Notes: generated by a model not told the origin, from the sequence alone. A stretch of DNA of 64,000 bases from Acidobacteriota bacterium (GCA_965248695.1 CBDFKD010000002.1:4288001-4352000), one strand, 5' to 3'. Shown: positions 37,617 through 58,117, counted from the stretch's first letter. A program made the numbers and translations.

Positions 37617-37688
37617 CGTCCGATGAAGCACTGACGGGGAGTTACTGCCCCGAAACGGGGAGTTGCCTTCCCGAGGGAGTCCCGGTTG

Positions 37689-41804
<4,116 letters not shown>

Positions 41805-41859
41805 TGGCCGCGACGCGCAGGGATGTGACAGTTTTCTCGTCGAACAAGGTGGTGGGATC

Positions 41860-46059
<4,200 letters not shown>

Positions 46060-46085
46060 CGGGCGTTTCCTGGCCTCCGGTCGGA

Positions 46086-46113
46086 TTGACTGGCGCAAGG
46101 CGGCTGCTATACT
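46086..46113 (+). promoter_or_regulatory. Putative sigma70 promoter of the str operon
   Basis: TTGACT (46086-46091), 16-bp spacer ending TGC (extended -10), TATACT (46108-46113). Confidence 0.7.
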
Positions 46114-46286
46114 TAGCCCCCTGCTCAGGGGCACATGGGGGCCGTGCGGGCTGACCACACGGCCTTGGTCCAATTACTGTTTTTCCGCCTAGGGCTGCTC
46201 CGGCCCCTTGGCACCCACCTGACTCGTGGTTGGGAGGGAGCTTTGCCTTCGGCGGGCAAACCCGGAAACGGTTGTAGAGGTATTTG

Positions 46287-46661
46287 TTGCCTACCGTCAA
46301 CCAGTTGGTAAGGAAGGGGCGTAAGCGGGTCACCGCCAAGACCTCGAGCCCGGCACTGCAAAGGTGTCCGCAGCGTCGAGGTGTGTGTACTCGTGTGTAT
46401 ACCACTACCCCGAAGAAGCCCAACTCGGCGTTGCGCAAAGTGGCGCGCGTGCGCTTGACGAACGGAATGGAAGTCACCTCCTATATTCCCGGCATCGGGC
46501 ATAACTTGCAGGAGCACTCCATCGTTCTGATTCGTGGCGGCCGTGTGAAGGATCTTCCTGGAGTCAGGTATCACGTCATTCGCGGCACACTCGACGCTTC
46601 TGGCGTTGATGGCCGTATGCAGGGTCGGTCTAAGTACGGAGCCAAGCGGCCCAAGTCCTGA
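46287..46661 (+). CDS. rpsL: 30S ribosomal protein S12
   Basis: [24 protein letters not shown] and [10 protein letters not shown] motifs; TTG start. Confidence 0.98.
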   Translation: MPTVNQLVRKGRKRVTAKTSSPALQRCPQRRGVCTRVYTTTPKKPNSALRKVARVRLTNGMEVTSYIPGIGHNLQEHSIVLIRGGRVKDLPGVRYHVIRGTLDASGVDGRMQGRSKYGAKRPKS

Positions 46662-46780
46662 TCCCTGCTCGCCTTCGCCGGCGCGTTCCGCCGGCCCTTT
46701 CCTCCTCTTTCCGGCAAAAACTAGGGGATTTGTGTACAGCCGCCGACCGGCCTCGTGACCGGCGGTGGCGGAGTGAGGTT

Positions 46781-47257
46781 ATGCCGCGAAAAGACGTCAA
46801 GGTCAGGCAGCACACGGTCCCATCTGACCCGATCTACGGCAGTCGACAGCTGTCCAAGTTCATCAACCATCTGATGATGGCGGGCAAGAGGAGCCTGGCC
46901 CAGCGGTTGGTGTACGACGCTCTCGAGCGCGTCAAAGAGAAGTCGGGTGAGGACGACGCGCTGGGTGTTTTCAAGCGCGCCATGGACAACGTGCGGCCGG
47001 TGCTCGAGGTCAAGTCGCGCCGTGTGGGTGGCTCCACGTACCAGGTTCCGATTGAGGTTTACCCACGGCGGCGCACCTCGCTGGCGATGCGGTGGCTGAT
47101 CGATGCGGCGCGTTCGCGCGGTGAGCGAACGATGGCCGAGCGACTGTGTAACGAGCTGCTCGATGCCTCGAGTGGTCGGGGCTCGGCTGTAAAGAAGAGA
47201 GAAGACACACACCGGATGGCAGAGGCGAACAAGGCCTTTGCGCACTACCGCTGGTAA
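46781..47257 (+). CDS. rpsG: 30S ribosomal protein S7
   Basis: [15 protein letters not shown] and [15 protein letters not shown] motifs. Confidence 0.98.
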   Translation: MPRKDVKVRQHTVPSDPIYGSRQLSKFINHLMMAGKRSLAQRLVYDALERVKEKSGEDDALGVFKRAMDNVRPVLEVKSRRVGGSTYQVPIEVYPRRRTSLAMRWLIDAARSRGERTMAERLCNELLDASSGRGSAVKKREDTHRMAEANKAFAHYRW

Positions 47258-47279
47258 GGACTCGCAGGGAGCAACGACC

Positions 47280-49379
47280 GTGCCTCGTAAGGTGGCGCTC
47301 GCGTCAACACGCAACATCGGCATCATGGCGCACATCGATGCCGGTAAGACGACGACGACCGAGCGCGTTCTCTACTACACCGGGATCACCCACAAACTCG
47401 GTGAGGTCCATGAAGGGACCGCCGAGATGGACTGGATGGTTCAGGAGCAGGAGCGCGGCATCACCATCACCTCCGCGGCGACGACTTGTATCTGGAACAA
47501 CCACCGCGTCAACATCATCGACACGCCGGGCCACGTTGATTTCACTGCTGAAGTCGAACGGTCGCTGCGTGTTCTCGACGGCGCCGTTGCGGTGTTCGAT
47601 GCGGTTGGCGGTGTGGAGCCACAGAGCGAGACCGTCTGGCGCCAGGCGAACAAGTATGGCGTGCCCCGCATCGCCTTCGTCAACAAGATGGATCGCGTCG
47701 GTGCCAACTACGAGCGCTGCATGCAGATGATGGTCGACCGCTTGCACACCAAGCCGGTCCCAGTGGTGATTCCCTGGGGCGCCGAGGAGAACTTCGTCGG
47801 GGTGATCGATGTCGTGCGCGGTATCGCGCTGCGCTACAACAGCGATGACCTGGGCGCCGAGCCCATCGTCGAGGAGATTCCGGCCGAGTGCCAGGCCGAC
47901 GTCGACGCTGCGCGCGAGCGGGTTCTGGACGCGGCCAGCGAGATCGACGACGCCATCCTCGAGAAGTACGTCGGCGGGGAGGAGGCCACGGTCGAGGAGC
48001 TTATTGCCGCTTTGCGCCACGGCACGGTGACGCTGCAATTGACCCCCGTGCTGGCCGGCTCGGCGTTCAAGAACAAGGGCGTGCAGCCGTTGCTCGACGC
48101 CGTCATTGACTACCTGCCGTCGCCGGTCGACGTGCCGCCGATCCAGGGTCTCGATCCGGACAAGAAGGAAGAGACGAAGGTCGAGCGTAGGGCGGACGAT
48201 GACGAGCCGTTCTCGGCCCTGGTGTTCAAGATCATGACCGACCCGTTCGTCGGGCAGCTGGCGTTCTTCCGCGTCTACTCGGGTCAGGTCGAGTCGGGCG
48301 ATCGTGTGCTGAATTCGACCACCGGTAAGAAGGAGCGCATTGGACGCCTGCTGAAGATGCACGCCAACAAGCGCGAGGAGATCAACCGGGTACGGGCTGG
48401 CGATATCGCCGCTGCGGTAGGTCCGAAGACGGTGTCCACCGGGCACACGATCTGCGACCCGAGCCATCCGGTGCTGCTGGAGACCATGGAGTTCATGAAG
48501 CCGGTGATCGCCATGGCCATCGAGCCGAAGACGCGGGCCGACCAGGAGAAGCTCGGCGACGCGCTTGGCAAGCTGCAGCGTGAAGATCCGACGTTCAAGG
48601 TGCATCGCGACGAAGAGACCGGCCAGACGATCATCGCCGGCATGGGCGAGCTGCATCTGGAAGTTCTGGTCGACCGGATGCTGCGCGAGTTCAGCGTGCA
48701 AGCCAACGTCGGTGCGCCGCAAGTTGCCTACCGTGAGGCAATCACGCGCGCATCTAAGGGCGAAGGCCGCTTCGTGCGGCAAACCGGCGGGCGCGGCCAG
48801 TTCGGCCACGCCAAGATCGAGATCGAGCCGCTGCCGCCAGAGGAAGGTCAAAAGTTCGAGTTCGTCAACCGAATCGTCGGCGGCAAGATCCCGCGAGAGT
48901 ACATTCCGTCAGTCGAGCAAGGCATCCGCGAAGCCATGGACAACGGCCCGCTTGCCGGCTACGAGATGGAAGGCGTGCGCGCCTCCGTCGTCGACGGTTC
49001 CTTTCATGACGTCGACTCTTCCGAGATTGCGTTCAAGATTGCAGGGAGCATGGCCTTCAAGGACGCGATGAAGAACGCGGCGCCGGTGTTGATGGAGCCG
49101 ATCATGGACCTGGAGATCGTCGTGCCGGAGAAGTACATGGGCGACGTGATCTCGGACATGAACAGCCGACGTGGTCGCATCGAGAACCTCGACACGCGTG
49201 ACGGATTGAAGATCATCAACGGTCGCGTGCCCTTGTCGGCGATGTTCGGCTACGCCACCGATCTGCGATCGGTTACCCAAGGGCGCGCCAACTTCACCAT
49301 GCACTTCAAGCGCTACGAGCGAGTACCGAAGACCATTACGGATGAGATCGTCCTGCGGGTGCGGGGCAAAGCGGTCTGA
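47280..49379 (+). CDS. fusA: Elongation factor G
   Basis: [23 protein letters not shown] and GMGELHL motifs; GTG start. Confidence 0.99.
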   Translation: MPRKVALASTRNIGIMAHIDAGKTTTTERVLYYTGITHKLGEVHEGTAEMDWMVQEQERGITITSAATTCIWNNHRVNIIDTPGHVDFTAEVERSLRVLDGAVAVFDAVGGVEPQSETVWRQANKYGVPRIAFVNKMDRVGANYERCMQMMVDRLHTKPVPVVIPWGAEENFVGVIDVVRGIALRYNSDDLGAEPIVEEIPAECQADVDAARERVLDAASEIDDAILEKYVGGEEATVEELIAALRHGTVTLQLTPVLAGSAFKNKGVQPLLDAVIDYLPSPVDVPPIQGLDPDKKEETKVERRADDDEPFSALVFKIMTDPFVGQLAFFRVYSGQVESGDRVLNSTTGKKERIGRLLKMHANKREEINRVRAGDIAAAVGPKTVSTGHTICDPSHPVLLETMEFMKPVIAMAIEPKTRADQEKLGDALGKLQREDPTFKVHRDEETGQTIIAGMGELHLEVLVDRMLREFSVQANVGAPQVAYREAITRASKGEGRFVRQTGGRGQFGHAKIEIEPLPPEEGQKFEFVNRIVGGKIPREYIPSVEQGIREAMDNGPLAGYEMEGVRASVVDGSFHDVDSSEIAFKIAGSMAFKDAMKNAAPVLMEPIMDLEIVVPEKYMGDVISDMNSRRGRIENLDTRDGLKIINGRVPLSAMFGYATDLRSVTQGRANFTMHFKRYERVPKTITDEIVLRVRGKAV

Positions 49380-49419
49380 CACGCCGGCCGCGTAGAGAAA
49401 CTTCAGGAGACAAGCAGCG

Positions 49420-50613
49420 ATGGCGAAGGAGAAATTCAAACGTACGAAGCCGCACGTGAACGTGGGGACGATCGGGCACGTGGACCACGGCAAGACGACG
49501 TTGACGCAGGCGATCACGCTGATTTTGTCGAAGCTTGGGCGTGCGGACTACACACCGTTCGACGCCATCGACAAGGCACCCGAAGAGCGCGAGCGCGGCA
49601 TCACGATCGCCATCGCGCACGTGGAGTACGAGTCGGAGAGCCGCCACTACGCCCACGTAGACTGCCCGGGGCACGCGGACTACATCAAGAACATGATCAC
49701 GGGTGCGGCGCAGATGGACGGGGCGATTCTGGTGGTGTCGGCGGCGGACGGGCCGATGCCGCAGACGCGCGAGCACATATTGCTGGCGCGTCAGGTGGGA
49801 GTGCCGGCGATGGTGGTGTTCCTCAACAAGGTCGACATGGTGGACGACGAGGAGCTGCTGGAGCTGGTGGAGTTGGAAGTGAGGGAGCTGCTGTCGACGT
49901 ACGAGTTTCCAGGCGACGATATTCCGGTGATTATGGGATCGGCGCTGCAGGCGGCAGAGTCGGGAGATCCGGAGTCGGACGCGGGCAAGCAGATTCTGGA
50001 GTTGGTGGCGGCGCTCGACAGCTACATACCGGAGCCGGTGCGAGCGCTCGACCAGGATTTCATGATGGCGATCGAGGACGTGTTCACGATTTCCGGGCGC
50101 GGCACGGTGGTAACGGGCCGCATCGACCGAGGAGTGGTGAAGACAGGAGAAGAGGTAGAGATCGTCGGGATTCGTGACACGCAGAAGAAGGTGGTCACGG
50201 GAGTGGAGATGTTCCGGAAGATCCTCGATGAGGGGCAGGCGGGAGACAACGTGGGCGTGCTGCTGAGGGGGACGGACCGGGAAGATGTGGAGCGTGGACA
50301 GGTGCTGGCGAAGCCAGGCACGATCAAGCCGCACACGGGATTTTCGGCCGAGGTGTACGTGTTGACCAAGGAAGAGGGCGGCCGGCACACGCCGTTTTTC
50401 AAGGGCTATCGGCCGCAGTTTTACTTTCGAACGACGGACGTGACCGGTTCGGTGGAGTTGCCCGCGGGCGTGGAGATGGTGATGCCCGGGGACAACGTGA
50501 CGATCGCCGGAGATCTGATCACGCCGATTGCGATGGAAAAGGGCCTGAGGTTCGCGATTCGCGAGGGCGGACGTACCGTGGGTGCCGGCACCATCATAGA
50601 GATCAACGACTAG
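49420..50613 (+). CDS. tuf: Elongation factor Tu (str-operon copy)
   Basis: Protein identical to 33163..34356. Confidence 0.99.
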   Translation: MAKEKFKRTKPHVNVGTIGHVDHGKTTLTQAITLILSKLGRADYTPFDAIDKAPEERERGITIAIAHVEYESESRHYAHVDCPGHADYIKNMITGAAQMDGAILVVSAADGPMPQTREHILLARQVGVPAMVVFLNKVDMVDDEELLELVELEVRELLSTYEFPGDDIPVIMGSALQAAESGDPESDAGKQILELVAALDSYIPEPVRALDQDFMMAIEDVFTISGRGTVVTGRIDRGVVKTGEEVEIVGIRDTQKKVVTGVEMFRKILDEGQAGDNVGVLLRGTDREDVERGQVLAKPGTIKPHTGFSAEVYVLTKEEGGRHTPFFKGYRPQFYFRTTDVTGSVELPAGVEMVMPGDNVTIAGDLITPIAMEKGLRFAIREGGRTVGAGTIIEIND

Positions 50614-50649
50614 GATGCCGACCCCAGGCTCCCACTGAAGGTGTAAGGG

Positions 50650-50970
50650 ATGGATCAGAAGATTCGAATCCGGCTCAAGGCCTACGACTACCGAGTGCTC
50701 GACCAATCGGCGCATGAGATCGTCGACACGGCCGAGCGTACCGGGGCCGAGGTGGCCGGGCCCATCCCGCTGCCGACCGAGCGTGTCGTCTACACCGTGC
50801 TGCGATCGCCACACGTGAACAAGAAGTCTCGGGAGCAATTCGAGATCCGCACGCACAAGCGACTGGTCGACATTCTTTCAGCTACTCCGCAGACGGTAGA
50901 CGCGCTGATGAAGCTCGATCTCCCGGCCGGGGTAGACGTCGAGATCAAGGCCTTCGGGCCTGAACACTAG
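50650..50970 (+). CDS. rpsJ: 30S ribosomal protein S10
   Basis: [17 protein letters not shown] and [12 protein letters not shown] motifs. Confidence 0.98.
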   Translation: MDQKIRIRLKAYDYRVLDQSAHEIVDTAERTGAEVAGPIPLPTERVVYTVLRSPHVNKKSREQFEIRTHKRLVDILSATPQTVDALMKLDLPAGVDVEIKAFGPEH

Positions 50971-50982
50971 ACGGCGGCAACG

Positions 50983-51615
50983 ATGAAGGGTCTGATAGGA
51001 CAAAAAATCGGCATGACACGCATCTTCGATGACGCCGGCAATCACGTGCCGGTCACCGTTCTGCGCGTCGGCCCGTGCGTCGTGCTCCAGGTACGCACCC
51101 AGGAGCGCGATGGATATCGGGCGGCACAGCTCGGCTACATCGAGGACGGCCTGCGACCGGAGCAGCTCAACAAGCCAACCCGCGGGCACCTCGGCAAGGT
51201 CGGGGCGCCTCCGGTGCGTATGATCCGCGAGTTCCCGTTGTCTGCAGAGGCCGACACGAAGGAAGGCGATCGCCTCACCGTCGAGCTCTTCGCCGACGTC
51301 GAACGAGTGGACGTAACGGGAACGACCAAGGGACGCGGCTTTGCCGGCGTGATGAAGCGTCACGGCTTCAAGGGCGGCAAGGCGACGCACGGATCGATGT
51401 TCCACCGCCGGCCGGGTTCGATCGGGCAGGCGGCATGGCCGTCGCGAGTGTTCAAGGGCAAGAAAATGCCCGGACGGATGGGCGGACAGCGCGTCACTCA
51501 GCAAGGATTGCGGGTGGTCAAGATCGACCCCGAGCGGCACCTGCTGATGGTGAGGGGCTCGGTGTCCGGGGCCACGCGTGGCTATGTGCTCATCCGTAAA
51601 GCGGTACGAGGTTGA
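50983..51615 (+). CDS. rplC: 50S ribosomal protein L3
   Basis: KIGMTRIF, KGRGFAGVMKRHGF and KMPGRMG motifs. Confidence 0.98.
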   Translation: MKGLIGQKIGMTRIFDDAGNHVPVTVLRVGPCVVLQVRTQERDGYRAAQLGYIEDGLRPEQLNKPTRGHLGKVGAPPVRMIREFPLSAEADTKEGDRLTVELFADVERVDVTGTTKGRGFAGVMKRHGFKGGKATHGSMFHRRPGSIGQAAWPSRVFKGKKMPGRMGGQRVTQQGLRVVKIDPERHLLMVRGSVSGATRGYVLIRKAVRG

Positions 51616-51617
51616 CG

Positions 51618-52241
51618 ATGCCAACGCTGGATGTGCGGGATCGGAGCAACAAGGTCGTCGGTTCGGTTGAAGTGGGAGCAGCTGTCTTCGCGCGTTCGAT
51701 CAAGCCAAGCCTTCTCCACGAGGCGGTGGTGAACTACCAGAATGCGCAGCGGCGTGGCACGCATTCCACCAAGACGCGCGCCGAGGTCAGGGGATCGAAG
51801 CGTAAGCCGTGGCGCCAGAAGGGCAGCGGACGCGCCCGTGTCGGCGACCGGCGCAATCCGATCTGGCGTAAGGGCGGCGTTGCGTTCGGGCCGCAAATGC
51901 GCGATCACTCGACGATTCTGCCACGGCGCAAGATGCGTACCGCGCTGCAGATGGCGCTGTCATCCAAGTGTGCCGAGGACCAGATCGTGGTGCTTGACGA
52001 TATGTCCCTCGAGGCCCCCAAGACCAAGCTGGTGGCGACCATGCTCGCCGGGCTGGAGCTCGGTGGTAGGACGCTCATCTACGATCCGGACGCCAGCGAG
52101 GAGTTTGCCCGCGCGGCGCGAAACCTCCCCAACACGAAGGTGGTCGGCGGTTTCGGGCTGAACGTCTACGATCTGCTGGTGCACGACACGTTGCTCACCA
52201 GCAAGGCGGGAATCAGCCAGATCGACGAGGCGCTCCGATGA
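51618..52241 (+). CDS. rplD: 50S ribosomal protein L4
   Basis: RRGTHSTKTRAEV and KPWRQKGSGRAR motifs. Confidence 0.98.
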   Translation: MPTLDVRDRSNKVVGSVEVGAAVFARSIKPSLLHEAVVNYQNAQRRGTHSTKTRAEVRGSKRKPWRQKGSGRARVGDRRNPIWRKGGVAFGPQMRDHSTILPRRKMRTALQMALSSKCAEDQIVVLDDMSLEAPKTKLVATMLAGLELGGRTLIYDPDASEEFARAARNLPNTKVVGGFGLNVYDLLVHDTLLTSKAGISQIDEALR

Positions 52242-52528
52242 ACGCGCACGACGTCATTCGCCGCCCGGTGATCACCGAGAAGGCGACGGTTCTGAAGGAA
52301 ACGGAGCACACGCTGTGCTTCGAGGTATCGCGACGTGCCACGACCGTCGATGTGCAGCGCGCAGTGGAACAGATATTCAAGGTCAAGGTCGAGGGTGTGC
52401 GGATGATGAACGTCCGCGGCAAGCCCAAGCGTCTAGGTCGCCACGCGGGCTACAAGCCGTCGTGGAAGAAGGCGTATGTGCGTCTTGCTGCCGACCAGAT
52501 CATGATCGAGTACTTCGAGGGAGTCTGA
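52238..52528 (+). CDS. rplW: 50S ribosomal protein L23
   Basis: PVITEKA and WKKAYVRL motifs. Confidence 0.97.
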   Translation: MNAHDVIRRPVITEKATVLKETEHTLCFEVSRRATTVDVQRAVEQIFKVKVEGVRMMNVRGKPKRLGRHAGYKPSWKKAYVRLAADQIMIEYFEGV

Positions 52529-52529
52529 G

Positions 52530-53369
52530 ATGGGCATGCGACAGCTGAAGCCTACGTCCCCGGGCACGCGCTTCCGCAAGGGCTCCGATTTCGCCGAGGT
52601 TACCGAGTCCACCCCGCTGCGAGCGCTCACCAAGGGGAAGCGCGCCACGTCGGGCCGTAACCACAAGGGTCGCGTCACGATCCGACATCGCGGAGGCGCC
52701 CACAAGCGCCGCTATCGCGCCATCGATTTCAGACGCAACAAGCCCGGCGTGCCGGCCAAGGTTGCCACCATCGAGTACGATCCGAACCGCACCGCGCGCA
52801 TCGCGCTGCTGCATTATCTCGACGGCGAGAAGCGATACATCGTGGCGCAGGTCGGAGTGGCCGTCGGCGACATGCTGATGTCGGGGCCCGAGGCAGAGAT
52901 TCGACCAGGAAACGCGCTTCCGCTGCGAGCGATACCGCTCGGCACGGTGATCTCTTGCATCGAGATGAAGCCCGGCAAGGGTGCGCAAATGGCTCGCAGC
53001 GCAGGTGCGCAGGCGACGCTGGCGGCCAAGGAAGGCAGGTACGCACACATCCGCTTGCCGTCGGCGGAAGTTCGTTTGATCCATCTCGACTGTATGGCCG
53101 TCATCGGACAGATCGGCAACGTCGAGCACAACAACGAGTCCTACGGTAAGGCCGGGCGCCGTCGATGGCGCGGCTGCCGTCCACACACGCGTGGCGTTGC
53201 GATGAACCCGATCGACCACCCGATGGGTGGTGGTGAGGGTAAGGCATCAGGAGGTCGGCACCCGTGTACTCCATGGGGCAAGCCGACGAAGGGCGCCAAG
53301 ACCCGCAACAACAAGCGTACTGATCGCTTCATCGTCAGGCGTCGGGATCAGGGTCGCAGGAGGAAGTAG
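52530..53369 (+). CDS. rplB: 50S ribosomal protein L2
   Basis: [11 protein letters not shown] and [17 protein letters not shown] motifs. Confidence 0.98.
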   Translation: MGMRQLKPTSPGTRFRKGSDFAEVTESTPLRALTKGKRATSGRNHKGRVTIRHRGGAHKRRYRAIDFRRNKPGVPAKVATIEYDPNRTARIALLHYLDGEKRYIVAQVGVAVGDMLMSGPEAEIRPGNALPLRAIPLGTVISCIEMKPGKGAQMARSAGAQATLAAKEGRYAHIRLPSAEVRLIHLDCMAVIGQIGNVEHNNESYGKAGRRRWRGCRPHTRGVAMNPIDHPMGGGEGKASGGRHPCTPWGKPTKGAKTRNNKRTDRFIVRRRDQGRRRK

Positions 53370-53372
53370 GGA

Positions 53373-53660
53373 ATGGCACGGTCGCTCAAGAAAGGCCCCT
53401 ACGTCGAGGCCTCGCTGCGCAGCAAGATCGATCTCATGAACAGCGCAGGGGATCGAAACGTCGTCAAGACGTGGTCACGCCGCTCGACGATCGTCCCAGA
53501 GATGGTCGGCCACACGTTGGCCGTGCACAACGGCAAGCGCTTTATCCCGGTGTACATCACCGAGAACATGGTGGGGCACAAGCTTGGGGAATTCGCTCCG
53601 ACGCGCACCTTCCGGTCGCATGCCGGTGCGCGCTCGGATCGCAAGGTCGGATTCAGATAG
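53373..53660 (+). CDS. rpsS: 30S ribosomal protein S19
   Basis: RSLKKGP and [13 protein letters not shown] motifs. Confidence 0.98.
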   Translation: MARSLKKGPYVEASLRSKIDLMNSAGDRNVVKTWSRRSTIVPEMVGHTLAVHNGKRFIPVYITENMVGHKLGEFAPTRTFRSHAGARSDRKVGFR

Positions 53661-53662
53661 TC

Positions 53663-54016
53663 ATGAGTGAGCATGTGAGCACAGCGCGAGGACGGTACCT
53701 GCGTGGGTCGCCGCAGAAGTTTCGGCTTGTCGTCGACATGATTCGTGGCCGGGCTGTGCCCGAAGCCCTGGGTATTCTCGGGCTGTCCACCAAGCGGGCG
53801 TCGGGGGTGATCGAAAAGGTGGTGCGCTCGGCGATCGCCAATGCCGAGAATCTGCGGCCAGACGTCGATGTCGACGGGCTGTTCGTTGCCTCGATCAACG
53901 TCGACGCGGGCCCCTCGTTGCCGACACGCATTCGCCCACAGCCGATGGGGCGGGCATTTCCGATTATCAAGAGGACCAGTCACGTGACGGTGAAGCTGGC
54001 CGAAAGGGAGGCCTGA
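53663..54016 (+). CDS. rplV: 50S ribosomal protein L22
   Basis: [21 protein letters not shown] and KRTSHVTV motifs. Confidence 0.97.
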   Translation: MSEHVSTARGRYLRGSPQKFRLVVDMIRGRAVPEALGILGLSTKRASGVIEKVVRSAIANAENLRPDVDVDGLFVASINVDAGPSLPTRIRPQPMGRAFPIIKRTSHVTVKLAEREA

Positions 54017-54017
54017 T

Positions 54018-54677
54018 TTGGGCCAGAAAGTTCATCCGTACGGCTTCCGCCTCGGCTACACGACCGAGTGGCGCTCGCGCTGGTTTGCCACCAAGGACTA
54101 TGCCGACCTGCTGCACGAGGACATCGCGCTGCGGGAGATGATCACCGAGCGCTTGCACCACGCCGGCATATCCAAAGTCGATATCGAGCGCGCTGCGAAC
54201 AAGCTCAAGATCGACGTGCATACAGCGCGGCCCGGCATCGTCATCGGTCGCAAGGGCGCCGAGGTGGACCGCCTGAAACGCACTGTTGAGGAGATGACCG
54301 GGCGCGAGGTGTTCATCAACATCCAGGAAGTGCATCGTCCCGAGCTCGACGCTCAGTTGGTGTCGGAGAGCGTGGCCATGCAGCTGGAGCGCCGTGTCGC
54401 GTTTCGCCGCGCGATGCGCAAGGCGGTGGAGAACGCCCAGCGTTTCGGTGCCGAGGGCATCCGCGTGCGCTGCGCCGGGCGTCTTGGCGGGCTCGAGATC
54501 TCGCGTGCGGAATGGTATCTGCACGGCAAGCTCCCCCTGCACACCTTGCGCGCCGATATCGACTATGGGTTTGCCGAGGCGCGCACGACGTATGGGCGCA
54601 TCGGCGTGAAAGTGTGGATCTACCAGGGCGAGATCCTGAGCCCCGACATGGCCCGCCGCACCAAGGCGTCGTCGTAA
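54018..54677 (+). CDS. rpsC: 30S ribosomal protein S3
   Basis: [22 protein letters not shown] and [11 protein letters not shown] motifs. Confidence 0.98.
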   Translation: MGQKVHPYGFRLGYTTEWRSRWFATKDYADLLHEDIALREMITERLHHAGISKVDIERAANKLKIDVHTARPGIVIGRKGAEVDRLKRTVEEMTGREVFINIQEVHRPELDAQLVSESVAMQLERRVAFRRAMRKAVENAQRFGAEGIRVRCAGRLGGLEISRAEWYLHGKLPLHTLRADIDYGFAEARTTYGRIGVKVWIYQGEILSPDMARRTKASS

Positions 54678-54689
54678 GGAGCGTCGTAG

Positions 54690-55115
54690 ATGTTGATGCC
54701 GAAGAAGATCAAGTACCGCAAGCAGCACCGCGGACATCGACGGGGCAAAGCTCTGCGTGGCTCGACGGTCTCGTTTGGCGAGTACGGGTTGCAGGCCCTG
54801 GAAGCAGCGTGGATCACGGCGCGCCAGATCGAGGCCGCACGTGTCGCCATGACCCGACACGTCAAGCGTGGCGGGAAGATCTGGATCCGGATGTTCCCGG
54901 ACAAGCCGGTGACCAAGAAACCGGCCGAAGTTCGGATGGGCAAGGGAAAGGGGAACCCGGAGTTGTGGGTTTCGGTGGTCCGCCCTGGCCGCATCCTCTA
55001 CGAGATTGAAGGGGTGAGCGAGGAAGTTGCGCACGCGGCGATGCGGCGGGCGGCGGCCAAGTTACCGATTCGTACGCGCGTGGTAAAGCGAGTCGTGGAG
55101 GAGCTGCAATGGTAG
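54690..55115 (+). CDS. rplP: 50S ribosomal protein L16
   Basis: [19 protein letters not shown] and RMGKGKG motifs. Confidence 0.98.
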   Translation: MLMPKKIKYRKQHRGHRRGKALRGSTVSFGEYGLQALEAAWITARQIEAARVAMTRHVKRGGKIWIRMFPDKPVTKKPAEVRMGKGKGNPELWVSVVRPGRILYEIEGVSEEVAHAAMRRAAAKLPIRTRVVKRVVEELQW

Positions 55116-55336
55116 CCGACGAGATCCGCGACATGACGGACGTCGAGATCAATGGACGGATCCAGGACCTGAGAGAACAGTTGTTCAAGCTCCGGTTTCA
55201 GAAATCCACTGGCCAGGTCGAAAGCGCCGCCAAGTTGTCGAGCGTTCGTCGCGAGGTCGCGCGAGCCATGACGGTGCTGCGAGAACGGGAGCTGGCGCCA
55301 GCCGATGCCGAGGAGACGGCTCCGGCCGCTACGTGA
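55109..55336 (+). CDS. rpmC: 50S ribosomal protein L29
   Basis: LFKLRFQ..TGQ and [11 protein letters not shown] motifs. Confidence 0.94.
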   Translation: MVADEIRDMTDVEINGRIQDLREQLFKLRFQKSTGQVESAAKLSSVRREVARAMTVLRERELAPADAEETAPAAT

Positions 55337-55355
55337 GGTCTTGGAGGATTTTGCA

Positions 55356-55661
55356 ATGAGCACAGCGAGCAGCGAAGAGACGCGACCGGTTGGCAACAAA
55401 CGCCAGGAGATCGGTGTGGTTACCAGCGACAAGATGGACAAGACCGTGGTGGTCACGGTGGAGCGCGTCTGGTCACATCCGCTGTATCGCAAGGTCGTGC
55501 GCACGCGTGCCAAGTTCATGGCGCACGATGGCGACAACAGCTGTCAGATCGGCGATCGAGTTCGAGTGACCGAATGCCGGCCGATGTCGGCGCGCAAGCG
55601 CTGGCGTGTGGCCGAGATCATCCAACGTGCTCCCGGCAGTGACGCCGGCACAGGCGAGTGA
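55356..55661 (+). CDS. rpsQ: 30S ribosomal protein S17
   Basis: [20 protein letters not shown] and [11 protein letters not shown] motifs. Confidence 0.97.
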   Translation: MSTASSEETRPVGNKRQEIGVVTSDKMDKTVVVTVERVWSHPLYRKVVRTRAKFMAHDGDNSCQIGDRVRVTECRPMSARKRWRVAEIIQRAPGSDAGTGE

Positions 55662-55677
55662 CGGCGAGGCAAGCAGC

Positions 55678-56049
55678 ATGATTCAGATGGAGACGGTGCT
55701 CGATGTCGCCGACAACTCCGGCGCTCGCAAGATCGCTTGCATCCGGCGGCTCGGTGGCTCGAGCGTAGGCCAGATTGCCGGTCTCGGCGACGTTATCTCC
55801 GCGGCCGTGAAAGAGGCCGTGCCGCACGGCACCATCAAGAAGGGCGAGGTCGTTCGCGCCGTCATCGTGCGTACGCGCAAGGAGACTGGTCGGCGGGATG
55901 GCTCGTACATCCGCTTCGACAACAATGCCGCCGTGCTCATCGATGCGCAGAACGAACCGATCGGTACGCGCGTGTTCGGCCCTGTCGGGCGCGAGCTGCG
56001 CGAGCGACGTTTCATGAAGATCGTTTCGCTTGCCCCTGAGGTGCTGTGA
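55678..56049 (+). CDS. rplN: 50S ribosomal protein L14
   Basis: [16 protein letters not shown] and [12 protein letters not shown] motifs. Confidence 0.98.
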   Translation: MIQMETVLDVADNSGARKIACIRRLGGSSVGQIAGLGDVISAAVKEAVPHGTIKKGEVVRAVIVRTRKETGRRDGSYIRFDNNAAVLIDAQNEPIGTRVFGPVGRELRERRFMKIVSLAPEVL

Positions 56050-56375
56050 TGGCGGGACCGAAGGTAAAGCGCAACGATACGGTCTACGTGACCACCGGCC
56101 GCGACAAGGGCAAGACCGGTCGCGTGCTTGCCGTGAACCCGGAGAAGCAGCAGGTGCTCGTAGAGGGAGTGAACATGGTTACCCGCGCCGTGCGGCCGAA
56201 TCCGCAGAAGAACGTCAAGGGTGGCCTTGTTCGCAGTGAAAAGACCCTTCATATCTCGAACGTCGCTGTCGTCGACCCGGAGACGAACACCCCGACGCGC
56301 GTCGGCTACCAGTTCCTGGAGGATGGCTCGAAAGTGCGCGTCAGCCGTCAGGGCGCCATCATCGACAAGAGCTGA
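56049..56375 (+). CDS. rplX: 50S ribosomal protein L24
   Basis: [13 protein letters not shown] and LHISNV motifs. Confidence 0.97.
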   Translation: MAGPKVKRNDTVYVTTGRDKGKTGRVLAVNPEKQQVLVEGVNMVTRAVRPNPQKNVKGGLVRSEKTLHISNVAVVDPETNTPTRVGYQFLEDGSKVRVSRQGAIIDKS

Positions 56376-56388
56376 CGAGGACGAGACG

Positions 56389-56937
56389 ATGATTGTGCGC
56401 ATGAAAAAGCTCTACGATGAAGAGATCTTGCCGAAGCTCGTCGAAGAGGGCACGTATCAGAACCCGATGGCTGTGCCGAGACTCGTGAAGATCAGCGTCA
56501 ACATGGGCGTTGGTGGCGCCTCGCAGGACATCAAGGAGCTCGACAAGGCGATCGACGAGCTCGGCCAGATCACCGGGCAGAAGCCGGTCGTTCGTCGTGC
56601 TCGCAAGTCGATCGCGGCATTTAAGTTGCGCGAGGGAATGCCGGTCGGTTGCTCGGTTACGCTTCGCGGCGAGAAGATGTGGGAGTTTCTGGATCGGCTG
56701 ATCACCATCACACTGCCGCGTGTGCGAGATTTCCGCGGTGTCCCGCGACGATCGTTTGACGGTCGGGGCAACTACACGATGGGGCTCGCTGACCAGCTCA
56801 TCTTCCCGGAGGTCGACTACACCAAGGTTGACCGGGTTCGCGGGATGAACGTGACGATTTGTACCTCCGCTGCTACGGACGAAGGCGCCCGCACTCTGCT
56901 CGCGGCGCTCGGAATGCCGTTCCGCCGCGACGAATAG
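56389..56937 (+). CDS. rplE: 50S ribosomal protein L5
   Basis: [16 protein letters not shown] and LPRVRDFRG motifs. Confidence 0.98.
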   Translation: MIVRMKKLYDEEILPKLVEEGTYQNPMAVPRLVKISVNMGVGGASQDIKELDKAIDELGQITGQKPVVRRARKSIAAFKLREGMPVGCSVTLRGEKMWEFLDRLITITLPRVRDFRGVPRRSFDGRGNYTMGLADQLIFPEVDYTKVDRVRGMNVTICTSAATDEGARTLLAALGMPFRRDE

Positions 56938-56951
56938 GACGGAAAACCAAC

Positions 56952-57137
56952 GTGGCCACCACAGCCTGGATCGCCAAGAGTCAGCGCAAGCCGAAGTTCT
57001 CGAGCCGCAAGGTCAGTCGCTGCCGTCTCTGCGGCCGCTCGCGCGCTTACATGCGGAAGTTCCAGCTCTGCCGTATCTGTTTCCGTAAACGAGCTTTGAA
57101 CGGGGAGCTTCCAGGCGTCAAGAAGGCGAGCTGGTAG
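56952..57137 (+). CDS. rpsN: 30S ribosomal protein S14, zinc-binding type Z
   Basis: 61 aa; CRLCGR...LCRICFR and LPGVKKASW motifs. Confidence 0.96.
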   Translation: MATTAWIAKSQRKPKFSSRKVSRCRLCGRSRAYMRKFQLCRICFRKRALNGELPGVKKASW

Positions 57138-57159
57138 GCGAGGCCGGAGAAATCGAACC

Positions 57160-57555
57160 ATGATGACAGACCCAGTTGCGGACATGCTGACCAGGATTCG
57201 TAACGCTATTCATGCGCAGCACGACCGCGTGAGGATTCCGGCGTCGAACACCAAGCGCGAGATCGCGCGGATTCTCCGTGAGGAGGGGTATGTCAAGTCC
57301 GTTGAGCCGATCGAGGACGGTCCTCAGGGCGGTATCGACATCGAGCTCAAGTACGTCGACGGCGAAGAGTCGGCGATTACCGGCTTGCAGCGGATCAGCA
57401 AGCCCGGCTGCCGTATCTACTGTGGCAAAGGCAACCTGCCGCGCATTCTCAACGGGATGGGAGTCGCCATCATTTCGACCTCGCGCGGTGTTCTCACCGA
57501 CCGTCAGTGCCGTGAACACGGCGTCGGCGGAGAGGTGCTCTGCGAGGTCTGGTAA
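57160..57555 (+). CDS. rpsH: 30S ribosomal protein S8
   Basis: [19 protein letters not shown] and GGEVL motifs. Confidence 0.98.
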   Translation: MMTDPVADMLTRIRNAIHAQHDRVRIPASNTKREIARILREEGYVKSVEPIEDGPQGGIDIELKYVDGEESAITGLQRISKPGCRIYCGKGNLPRILNGMGVAIISTSRGVLTDRQCREHGVGGEVLCEVW

Positions 57556-57557
57556 CC

Positions 57558-58103
57558 ATGTCACGCGTTGGATACAAGCCGATTCCGGTACCGGACGGCG
57601 TCAAGATAGACATTGCTAGCGATCGGTTGGTGGTGACCGGATCGAAGGGTGAGCTGACCACGCCGGTTCCTCCCGGCATCAGCTTCGAGATCGATGACGC
57701 GGTGCTACAGGCCAAGCGCGCCGACGATGCCAAGCAAACACGGGCTTTTCACGGTCTCGCGCGCGCCTTGGCGTATAACGCCGTGGTCGGCGTGAGCGAG
57801 GGTTTCAAGCGCGAGCTGGAGATCCAGGGCATCGGCTACCGCGCCGCGATGACCGGGCGGACGCTGAACATGCAGCTCGGATTCTCGCATCCGGTGGTGT
57901 TCCCGGTACCCGACGGCCTGGAAATCTCCACGCCCGAACAGACGAAGATCGTTATCGAGGGCATCGACAAGCAGCAGGTAGGCGAGATTGCTGCCCAGAT
58001 CCGCCGCATCCGCCCACCGGATGCTTACAAGGGCAAGGGCATTCGCTACCGTGACGAGTTTGTCCGCACGAAGGTCGGCAAGGCCGGCGTGACGGCTGCC
58101 TAG
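57558..58103 (+). CDS. rplF: 50S ribosomal protein L6
   Basis: LGFSHP and [13 protein letters not shown] motifs. Confidence 0.98.
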   Translation: MSRVGYKPIPVPDGVKIDIASDRLVVTGSKGELTTPVPPGISFEIDDAVLQAKRADDAKQTRAFHGLARALAYNAVVGVSEGFKRELEIQGIGYRAAMTGRTLNMQLGFSHPVVFPVPDGLEISTPEQTKIVIEGIDKQQVGEIAAQIRRIRPPDAYKGKGIRYRDEFVRTKVGKAGVTAA

Positions 58104-58117
58104 CAGAGGTTCGATCC

